NCBI GenBank assembly: GCA_035249305.1
Contig: DATFGQ010000007.1
Coordinates: 18,915-82,914, forward strand
From: Blastocatellia bacterium
Lineage (GTDB): Bacteria; Acidobacteriota; Blastocatellia; UBA7656
DNA length: 64,000 nt
Direction of reading: 5' to 3'
The notes beneath the pieces are model-generated. The model had not been told where the DNA came from. It did no database searches and saw only the letters and a program-made list of their open reading frames with translations. Made by a program: the position numbers and the translations under genes. Shown here in pieces: positions 1-7,244 of the stretch. Within the stretch, counting starts at the first letter, position 1; every line of letters starts with the position of its first letter.

Positions 1-464
1 GCGAACAGGTCCGCAAATATCAGGTACTTGAGCGCGAACGACGCGCCCAGCACTACGGCCAAGCTCTTGGTCAGCCTAACGGGATTGAATACTACAAACA
101 GGTTGTTCCAGAAGATGAGAAAGTAAAAGAGGTTGAAGAAGAAGTTGAGCAGCCCGCGCTCCGGCGTGACGGCGTTGAAGACCTGAGTGGTGGCGAAGTA
201 GATCGCGGCGAGGCTGACCAGCCCCGACGCGTTTTCGATAAGCCCGCGCTCCTGGCTCGCGTAATCCGCCCTCTGAATCAGCCCGCCGCGCACGAAGACT
301 ATCATCACAAAGACGGCCAGTATCAGCGAGACTAGCTGCGGCGCGAGGAAGCGCAACTCCTGGCTGTCGGCCGTAAAACGCACACCCCCTAAGAGCGCGA
401 CCGTCAAGAACAGGAGCGGCACGAGGATGAAGCGGAGCACGTCTTTCGTCGCGGGCTTTTTCAT
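1..464 (-). CDS. integral membrane protein, 5' part only (gene runs off the left edge)
   Basis: My own minus-strand translation from ATG 464-462 gives MKKPATKDVLRFILVPLLFLTVALLGG...FYFLIFWNNLFVVFNPV... with no stop down to base 1. It has several hydrophobic helices. It is absent from the ORF track because it is open-ended. Its ATG overlaps the TGA of the upstream gene (ATGA at 461-464). Confidence 0.55.
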   Translation of the reverse strand, partial: MKKPATKDVLRFILVPLLFLTVALLGGVRFTADSQELRFLAPQLVSLILAVFVMIVFVRGGLIQRADYASQERGLIENASGLVSLAAIYFATTQVFNAVTPERGLLNFFFNLFYFLIFWNNLFVVFNPVRLTKSLAVVLGASFALKYLIFADLF

Positions 465-955
465 TGCCTCCTGAACCAGTTGAACGGGTTGAAGTCGGAC
501 GCCGTCGAATCCAGCCCTTCTTTGAGCCGTTGCTGCAAGACCGCCGCGTTGCGAATCTCAAGGTCCGCGCGGTCTATCTCGAAAATGTTATTCGGCGCGT
601 GAGCCAGGCAGCGGGTTATCGCCTCCAGGCCCTTCTTGAACAGCTCGTCGTCGTCATAGATGTTGCCGCGGCCGAGCAGGTAGTAGCAGTAGGCTATGTA
701 GAACTGTGTCGTGGGGTCCTGGCCCGCGGGGTCGGCGACCTTGAACTGCTCAATGGCGACCTGGTGCTGGCTCGCGTTGAAGTGCTTGACGGCCTGGTCG
801 AAGTTCTCCTGGTTGACGCGGTAGACGTTCGCCTCTATCGCGGCCTGCGTCTTCAGCTCCTGGAAAGTGCGCGGCTGGCGCACGTAGAGCCAGACGATGA
901 CCGCGCCGTACAGGAGCGCGACCACCAGTCCCGTTATTTGCACCGTTCGTTTCAC
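461..955 (-). CDS. hypothetical membrane-anchored protein (one N-terminal TM helix, helical C-terminal part)
   Basis: 164-aa ORF with N-terminal hydrophobic segment ITGLVVALLYGAVIVWLYV. Codon usage resembles its neighbours and it is translationally coupled (ATGA) to the next gene. I recognise no family. Confidence 0.6.
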   Translation of the reverse strand: MKRTVQITGLVVALLYGAVIVWLYVRQPRTFQELKTQAAIEANVYRVNQENFDQAVKHFNASQHQVAIEQFKVADPAGQDPTTQFYIAYCYYLLGRGNIYDDDELFKKGLEAITRCLAHAPNNIFEIDRADLEIRNAAVLQQRLKEGLDSTASDFNPFNWFRRQ

Positions 956-974
956 GTCATCTTAGATGCTTTTG

Positions 975-2552
975 TCAGTGAACGCGTTTGGTGTAGCCTT
1001 CCCAGTAGCGCTCGCGCAGCTCTTTCTTGAGTATCTTCCCGGTCCCGCCCTTGGGCAGCGAGTCGAAGAACTCGACCGACTTCGGGACCTTAAAGCCGGG
1101 CAGCTTCGTCCGGCAGTGGTCGATCAATTCCTTGTCGGTCAACTGCTGGTCCGGCTTTAAGACGACGAGCGCTTTCGGCACTTCGCCCCAGCGCTCGTCC
1201 GGCACGGCGACGACCGCGCACTCGAAGACGGCGGGGTGCGAGAAGATAGCCTTCTCGATCTCTATCGAAGCGATGTTCTCGCCGCCCGAGATGATTATAT
1301 CTTTCTTCCGGTCTACGATCAGGAAGTAACCCTCTTCATCGATTACGGCCATGTCTCCGGTGTGGAACCAGCCGCCGCGCATGACGTGAGCCGTGTCTTC
1401 GGGCTGCTTCCAGTAGCCGTGCATGACGTTGTCGGCGCGGGCGACAATCTCGCCCACGCTCTGGCCGTCGTGCGGCAGGTGATTATCATTGGCATCGACT
1501 ATGCTCACTTCGATGCCGGGCAGCGGGTAACCCGTCATCGCCTGGCGAGCCCAGCGCGCCTCGTCGGGCAGGTCTTTCAGATGATCTTTGATAAACGACT
1601 GCGTCAGCACGGGCGTCGTCTCCGTGAGCCCGTACCCGCTGTATGCGCGGCACCCCATCTTCTGCTCGACCTCGCGTATCAAGTCGACGGGCGAAGCCGC
1701 CCCGCCTATCGAGATGAACTTGAGGCTCGACAGGTCATGGCTGCCAAGCGCGGGGTGATTCAGCAGCGCCGTGGCCATGGTCGGGACCATCGCGAAGTGA
1801 GTGACCCGCTCTTTTTCTACAAGCTCCAGGACTTGCGCGGGGTCGAACTTTTTCATAATGACGTGGCGCGCGCCGACGCACGTCAGCGTGTGCGGCGTGC
1901 CCCAGCCGTTGACGTGAAAGAGCGGGATCGTGTGGAGCTGCACCACCGTGTCGTCGACCGACAGTCCTGCGATGGCCTGCATCGCGTGCAGGTAGAGGTT
2001 GCGGTGCGTCATCATCACGCCCTTGGGGTTAGCTGTAGTTCCAGACGTATAGAACAATTCAGCGAGGTCATCGTCTTTGATGTCATCAGGCGGAGCAAAG
2101 TCTGCTGTTGCGCCAGAGAGCAGTGCTTCGTAGTCTGTTCCCTCTTCCCCTTTTTCAATGGGTATGTAATGTTTAATGCCTGCGACGTGACTGCTAATCC
2201 CATCAACCAATGGCTGAAAGTCTCTATTGTAAAACAGTGCGACCGCCTCAGAGTCGTTAAGGATGAATGCGATCTCTTGGGGCGTGAGTCGTATGTTCAA
2301 CGGCAGCAATACGGCGCCCATTTGCACTACCCCGTAATACGCCTCAAGTAGCTCGTGGCTGTTGTATCCAAGCCATGCTACTCGGTCGCCACGCTGAACA
2401 CCGAGTTCTATCAGCGCATTCGACAGTCGGTCGCAGCGTTGACCGTATTCACGATAAGTAAGTCTCACGTCACCGTCAATGATTCCAACCTTGTTACCAA
2501 ACAAAGTCTCGGCCCGGTTCTTGAACCTGATTGGGGTAAGCGTCAAATTCAT
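975..2552 (-). CDS. AMP-dependent acyl-CoA synthetase/ligase
   Basis: 525-aa ORF with AMP-binding signature YTSGTTANPKGVMMTH, plus GYGLTET and DRKKDIIISGGENI motifs. It is a paralog of 25626-27224; both end in KRV(H/N). Confidence 0.9.
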   Translation of the reverse strand: MNLTLTPIRFKNRAETLFGNKVGIIDGDVRLTYREYGQRCDRLSNALIELGVQRGDRVAWLGYNSHELLEAYYGVVQMGAVLLPLNIRLTPQEIAFILNDSEAVALFYNRDFQPLVDGISSHVAGIKHYIPIEKGEEGTDYEALLSGATADFAPPDDIKDDDLAELFYTSGTTANPKGVMMTHRNLYLHAMQAIAGLSVDDTVVQLHTIPLFHVNGWGTPHTLTCVGARHVIMKKFDPAQVLELVEKERVTHFAMVPTMATALLNHPALGSHDLSSLKFISIGGAASPVDLIREVEQKMGCRAYSGYGLTETTPVLTQSFIKDHLKDLPDEARWARQAMTGYPLPGIEVSIVDANDNHLPHDGQSVGEIVARADNVMHGYWKQPEDTAHVMRGGWFHTGDMAVIDEEGYFLIVDRKKDIIISGGENIASIEIEKAIFSHPAVFECAVVAVPDERWGEVPKALVVLKPDQQLTDKELIDHCRTKLPGFKVPKSVEFFDSLPKGGTGKILKKELRERYWEGYTKRVH

Positions 2553-2797
2553 GTTCGTATCTCTCCATAAGCAGTTCTCGTATCACATACCAGAATGCTA
2601 TTGTTCGCTGCAAATTCGTTTATCTTCGCGACATTCTCTTGAACGCGAGATGATTTATACGCGCCATAATAAAGCTCTCCTAAAACAATGCTGGAGATGA
2701 ATACTTCTGTTGCATTGGCTAGGCTTGCTTGTACAACAGCTTCCTTAGCAAAGATGGCTATGACGATATTGGAGTCTAAAAGGAATTTACCATTCAT
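2549..2797 (-). pseudogene. vapC: truncated PIN-domain toxin (VapC-like), C-terminal third missing
   Basis: Translation from ATG 2797 is MNGKFLLDSNIVIAIF...GELYYGAYKS...AYGEIRT*. The first Asp and the Glu of the PIN acidic quartet are present. The frame stops after about 82 aa, before the last two acidic residues expected in PIN domains of about 130 aa. Its TGA overlaps the ligase ATG (ATGA at 2549-2552). Confidence 0.6.
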
Positions 2798-3011
2798 TGC
2801 TATTGATCTGTTCGCAGTCTTGTTCAATGGCCTGTGACATTAGCTTGAGGTCTTCAGGGTCTATTCCTCCTGCGAAATGAAGCAATTCCTTTCCCTGCTT
2901 TCCGACAGGCTTGGCTAGAGTGCGAGTAAAGTCGAGTACTTGGCGTTGCTGCTCGATAGGAAGCTTATTCAAATGGTCAAGGATTTCTTTTTGCAATGAC
3001 TGGTTTGCCAT
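2787..3011 (-). CDS. putative type II antitoxin partnered with the PIN remnant
   Basis: 74-aa ORF immediately upstream of the PIN ORF and overlapping it by 11 nt. Its small size and position are typical of VapB-type antitoxins. The family assignment is by context only. Confidence 0.55.
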   Translation of the reverse strand: MANQSLQKEILDHLNKLPIEQQRQVLDFTRTLAKPVGKQGKELLHFAGGIDPEDLKLMSQAIEQDCEQINSNEW

Positions 3012-3183
3012 CTTGCCTCCTTTTGAAGTCGAACAGATATTGCGAGTTCATTTTACACATTATATGCAGCGAAGGCGAGTGACAGGCATCTAACGACTCG
3101 CACCAGTGAGCGCGGCACAAGGTATTATATGAAACTCGCTCGCCGCGCTCGGTGCAGGCGGTTGTTTGGCGCGTTGAGTTACC

Positions 3184-3417
3184 TTAATTCGCTTGCAATA
3201 AGACGCGCTGCACATCGACGGGCAATTCGAGCATCATAAAGTAGACGGCTGGATATAGGTAATCTTCCCCGCTTTCATCAACAACTCTCAAATCGCCATC
3301 CTGCTCAGCGTCTTCGTCAGGCAGCACGCGGTATACCTTGTGCAGCTCCAATGAGGCTGGATACTCCGAGTTATCAACGCAGATTGCAAATATTGGGGTT
3401 GAGTTCTTTCTTTTCAT
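3184..3417 (-). CDS. small acidic hypothetical protein
   Basis: 77-aa ORF inside the low-GC islet, with a possible hairpin downstream (GAGCGCGGC...GCCGCGCTC at about 3107-3150). No family recognised. Confidence 0.45.
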   Translation of the reverse strand: MKRKNSTPIFAICVDNSEYPASLELHKVYRVLPDEDAEQDGDLRVVDESGEDYLYPAVYFMMLELPVDVQRVLLQAN

Positions 3418-3543
3418 ATCTCAATCCAAATATCGTTTGCGATTCTGATTGGCGTAAGGGTCAGGTTCATCGCTCACTCTCCGTCCATATGAAAGTTGAT
3501 TCTGGCGTGCTGGCAGAATTACACATCGCTCTTCTGATTGTAA

Positions 3544-3797
3544 AGTCCTGAGTGCCGAGTGCTGAGTGAGAGGGTTTACTCAGGACTCAGCACTCATAGC
3601 GTGTCTGAGAAGTAGCGAGCTACTCGGCTCCGTAGGAGCCGGATGTTTGTAGAACAATAGCCTAGATACTCCCCAACTCCGTAGGAGTTGTATGTCTGTT
3701 ATTCAACTCCTACGGAGTTGGCCTGTACTTGCGGCGGCATTCTACAAACATAGAGCCCCTGCGGGGCTTTTCTGACACTGTCTCTGCACTCAGGACC
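3544..3797. repeat. hairpin-cassette intergenic element, family A copy 1
   Basis: Aligns block by block with 55044-55323. Contains hairpins GGCTCC-GTA-GGAGCC, CAACTCC-GTA-GGAGTTG, CAACTCC-TAC-GGAGTTG and AGCCCC-TGC-GGGGCT, joined to the tag TCTACAAACAT or its complement. Termini at 3591-3612 and about 3768-3790 match the shared inverted 22-mer. Confidence 0.8.
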
Positions 3798-3844
3798 TCT
3801 CTTGCCCTCGTCTGGGCGAGCAGTTATAACTGAAGGTAGATTTT

Positions 3845-5131
3845 ATGCTTAAGACTTCGGCCCCGTTGAGTCGTCAAATAACAAGCGCAGCCAAGCAGAC
3901 GGCCGGCGGGCGGGCCGGGTTTTTCGAGTACGCTGGCGTCGCGATAGACTCTTTGCGCGCCAACAAGCTCCGCTCCTTTCTGACCCTGCTCGGCATCATC
4001 ATCGGCATAACCTCGATCATCTCCGTGATATCGATCATCCAGGGGCTCGACAAGTACTGGAAGGAGAAAGTCTCGAACTTCGGGCCGAACACTTTCGTCA
4101 TCACGCAGTTCCCTATAACTACGGACTTCGACAAGTTCATCGCAATGCTGCGCCGCAACCCCGAGATTCACTCGGACCAGGCCGAAGCCATACTCCGCTA
4201 CTGCACATCCTGCGAACAGGTGGGCGTCGAGACTCACAAGTCCGTCCGCATACGTTACGAGCGCCACTCGCTCGAACAGATAGACATGTCCGGCATCACG
4301 CCGAACATTCTCAACATAGAGTCTTATTCGGTCGACAGCGGCCGCCTGATACTCGATTGGGAAGACCAGCACTCGCGGTTCGTGACCTTCATCGGGTGGG
4401 AGGTCGCCGACAAGCTCTTCCCAGGCCAGGACCCTATCGGCAAGCGGATTCAGATCGAAGACCACTGGTACACGGTCGTCGGGGTCGCCGCGAAGAAAGG
4501 CTCGGTCTTCGGCTTCTCGCAGGACAACTTCGCCAAGATCCCGCTTTCGACCTTTCAGAAGATCTACGGCTCGCGCCGGACTGTGAACATCTCTATCAAG
4601 GCGCGCGAAGGCGAGATGCAGCAGGCGCAGGACCAGGCGCGGCTCATCATGCGCTCGCAGCACAAGCTCACATATCACGAAGAGGATGACTTCGGGTTGA
4701 TAACGTCGGAGGGCGTAAACGAGCTGTTCAACAATCTGACGCGGATAATATTTTCGGTGTCGCTGTTCGTCGTCGGCATATCGCTGGTCGTCGGCGGCAT
4801 AGTGATAATGAACATCATGCTCGTCTCGGTCGTCGAGCGGACCAAAGAGATAGGCATACGAAAAGCTGTGGGCGCTCGCCAGCAGGACGTGGTCAACCAG
4901 TTCCTGGTCGAATCGGTCGTGCTCTGCTGCGCGGGGGGCCTCGGCGGCATCGTTATGGCGTTCGGAGTGTCGTGGCTGCTGGCCACATTCACGCCGCTCC
5001 CGTCGTCGTTCCCAATGTGGGCGCCGCTCCTTGCATTCATATTATCGACTGTGATCGGGGTCTTTTTCGGGATCTATCCCGCGCGGCGCGCGGGCAAGCT
5101 CGACCCCATAGAAGCGCTGAGGGCGGAATGA
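3845..5131 (+). CDS. MacB/FtsX-type ABC transporter permease
   Basis: 428-aa ORF. N-terminal TM helix after ANKLRSFLTLLGIIIGI, then a large extracytoplasmic domain and a C-terminal FtsX-type helices region with EIGIRKAVGA. Confidence 0.85.
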   Translation: MLKTSAPLSRQITSAAKQTAGGRAGFFEYAGVAIDSLRANKLRSFLTLLGIIIGITSIISVISIIQGLDKYWKEKVSNFGPNTFVITQFPITTDFDKFIAMLRRNPEIHSDQAEAILRYCTSCEQVGVETHKSVRIRYERHSLEQIDMSGITPNILNIESYSVDSGRLILDWEDQHSRFVTFIGWEVADKLFPGQDPIGKRIQIEDHWYTVVGVAAKKGSVFGFSQDNFAKIPLSTFQKIYGSRRTVNISIKAREGEMQQAQDQARLIMRSQHKLTYHEEDDFGLITSEGVNELFNNLTRIIFSVSLFVVGISLVVGGIVIMNIMLVSVVERTKEIGIRKAVGARQQDVVNQFLVESVVLCCAGGLGGIVMAFGVSWLLATFTPLPSSFPMWAPLLAFILSTVIGVFFGIYPARRAGKLDPIEALRAE

Positions 5132-6396
5132 TCTGGACCGGGATCAGAGAGAACACGAGGCTGGCGATGGAGACGCTGGCGGCGCACAAGTTCCGCGCGT
5201 CGCTGACGATACTCGGCGTCTTCATAGGCGTGCTTGTGATCGTGGCGATGGCGGCCGTGCTCAACGGCTTTCGCCAATCGGTCCTCGACCAGGCCGAGAG
5301 CTTCGGCACGCGCAACGTCTACTTGTGGCGCTACCCGTTCATTCAGACGACCGTTCTGCCCCCGGAGATAAGGAACCGGAAACCGCTCACGCTCGAAGAC
5401 GCGCGCGCCATCGAGCGCGACGCCCCGGCCGTCGAGCACGTCTACGCGGGGCTGATCTATGGGCTGCCGCTGCCGGGCGAGCTGCCGCCGATCCCGCCCG
5501 AGGCCCGCTACCGCGACCGCGTGATGACGCGCCCGCGCATGGTAGGGAATTTTCCCGTCGCGGAGCTCGTGATGAACGTGAAGGTTGCCGAGGGCCGCTA
5601 CTTCACCGACGCCGAAAACGAGCACCGCGCTTACGTCTGCGTGCTGGCCTTCAACGTCGTCGAAGCGCTCTTCCCCGCCGAAGACCCTATCGGAAAGACG
5701 ATCAACGTCGGCGGCCAGGATTTTCGCGTCGTCGGCACGGTCGCCAAGCAGAAGTCCGGCCCGTTCGGCTCCGAGAACCAGGAGGACAACGACATATTCG
5801 TCCCCTACTGGACCTTTCACAAGATGTACCCGGCGACCGACGATCACTTCATCATCCTGCGCATGCACGAAGGGCGCATGCAGGAGGGCATAGACCAGGT
5901 CGAGCGCATACTGCGCATACGCCGCAACGTGCCGTTGCGCGCCGATAACAATTTTGAGATAGGCACGCCCGAATCGTTCATCTCCACGTTCGACGACATA
6001 GTCGGCGCGGTCTTCGGCGTGATGATCATTATCTCTTCGATCGCCTTCATGGTCGGCGGCGTAGGCGTGATGAACATAATGCTTGTCGCCGTGACCGAGC
6101 GCACGCGTGAGATAGGCATCCGCAAGGCCGTGGGCGCAAAGCGCAGGGATATAATCTGGCAGTTTCTGACCGAGGCCGTGACTCTGACGGGCGCGGGCGG
6201 GCTGGCCGGGCTATTGTGCGGCTGGCTGATGAGCGTCACCGTATCGACGCTTGTGCCCGACCTGTCGATGAAGATACCGATGGGGGCCGCCGCGTTCGGC
6301 TTTTTCGGCTCGGTCGCCGTAGGGATAATCTTCGGGATGTGGCCCGCGGTCAAAGCGGCTTATCTCGACCCGATAGCGGCGCTCAGGCACGAATAG
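5128..6396 (+). CDS. MacB/FtsX-type ABC transporter permease (tandem paralog)
   Basis: I chose the start ATG 5128, which overlaps the upstream stop (ATGA). The protein begins MIWTGIRENTRLAMETLAAHKFRASLTILGVFIGV and carries EIGIRKAVGA. The track start at 4972 overlaps the previous gene. Confidence 0.85.
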   Translation: MIWTGIRENTRLAMETLAAHKFRASLTILGVFIGVLVIVAMAAVLNGFRQSVLDQAESFGTRNVYLWRYPFIQTTVLPPEIRNRKPLTLEDARAIERDAPAVEHVYAGLIYGLPLPGELPPIPPEARYRDRVMTRPRMVGNFPVAELVMNVKVAEGRYFTDAENEHRAYVCVLAFNVVEALFPAEDPIGKTINVGGQDFRVVGTVAKQKSGPFGSENQEDNDIFVPYWTFHKMYPATDDHFIILRMHEGRMQEGIDQVERILRIRRNVPLRADNNFEIGTPESFISTFDDIVGAVFGVMIIISSIAFMVGGVGVMNIMLVAVTERTREIGIRKAVGAKRRDIIWQFLTEAVTLTGAGGLAGLLCGWLMSVTVSTLVPDLSMKIPMGAAAFGFFGSVAVGIIFGMWPAVKAAYLDPIAALRHE

Positions 6397-6397
6397 A

Positions 6398-7129
6398 TCA
6401 AGATTCATTTTTGCCGCGCATCTCGGCGACGAGGTTCGACGCCCGAAGCAGGCTGTCGAACGTGCCCGCGTCGGTCCACCAGCCTTCGATGATGTCCCAC
6501 GTTATGTCGCCGCTCTTTATGTAAGCGTTGTTGACGTCGGTGATCTCAAGCTCGCCCCGCCCGCTCGGCTCAAGCGTCTTGATTATCTCGAAGACGCGGT
6601 TGTCGTACATGTAAACGCCAATGACGGCGTAAGGCGTCTTAGGCTCGGTCGGTTTCTCTTCGATCGCGACGAGGCGTTCGCCTTCGATGACGGGCACGCC
6701 GAACCGCTGCGGGTCCGGCACTTCGGAAAAGAGTATCTTCGCGCCGGCCCCCTGGTGGCGGAACTTCTTCACGTGCGGGGCGATGCCCTTCTCTAGAATG
6801 TTATCGCCGAGGACGACGCAGACCGGGCCCGAGTCGGCGAAGTCTTCGGCCAGCGAGAGCGCGGCGGCTATGCCGCCCTCGCCTTCCTGGTAAGCGTAGT
6901 TGACATGTTTGAGCCCGAATTGGGCTCCGTTGCGCAAGAGCTTTAGAAAATCCCCGGCGCTGTTGCCGCCCGTCACCACCAGTATATCGCTGATGCCCGC
7001 GTCGATGAGCGTCTGGATAGGGTAGTAGATCATCGGCCGGTCATAGACCGGCAACAGGTGTTTGTTCGTTATTCGTGTCAACGGGGCGAGCCGCGTGCCG
7101 AGGCCCCCGGCCAGGACAATTCCTTTCAT
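6398..7129 (-). CDS. sugar-phosphate nucleotidyltransferase (short-form glucose-1-phosphate thymidylyltransferase-like)
   Basis: 243-aa ORF with N-terminal signature LAGGLGTRLAPLTRITNKHLLPV and an EEKP motif. Its length fits the short RmlA-like forms. Confidence 0.85.
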   Translation of the reverse strand: MKGIVLAGGLGTRLAPLTRITNKHLLPVYDRPMIYYPIQTLIDAGISDILVVTGGNSAGDFLKLLRNGAQFGLKHVNYAYQEGEGGIAAALSLAEDFADSGPVCVVLGDNILEKGIAPHVKKFRHQGAGAKILFSEVPDPQRFGVPVIEGERLVAIEEKPTEPKTPYAVIGVYMYDNRVFEIIKTLEPSGRGELEITDVNNAYIKSGDITWDIIEGWWTDAGTFDSLLRASNLVAEMRGKNES

Positions 7130-7150
7130 GCGCAGAATAATACAGGGACC

Positions 7151-7185
7151 ATTTGAAATTTCAAATTTGAAATTTCAAATTTCAG
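7151..7185. promoter_or_regulatory. AT-rich 14-bp-periodic palindromic repeat in a divergent promoter region (candidate operator)
   Basis: The perfect 10-bp palindrome TGAAATTTCA occurs at 7154-7163 and 7168-7177, followed by a further half-repeat. It lies between the nucleotidyltransferase start (7129, minus) and the fadD start (7245, plus). Confidence 0.4.
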
Positions 7186-7244
7186 ACGGCCCTGCTAAAC
7201 TCGGCGGTGCGCTTCAGCAATCAATTCTGCTCAGGGGGACAAGC

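Noticed and set aside
76-561. 161-aa minus-strand ORF from the track at the left edge
   Set aside because: It is off-frame relative to two better-supported genes: the 461-955 gene and the open-ended membrane protein starting at 464. Its translation is Arg-rich.
1236-2351. 371-aa plus-strand ORF
   Set aside because: It is antisense to the acyl-CoA synthetase, whose AMP-binding motifs identify the true frame.
4972-5127. N-terminal extension of the second MacB-like permease as given by the track
   Set aside because: The extension overlaps the 3' end of the first permease in another frame. ATG 5128 gives the canonical N-terminus and an ATGA coupling.
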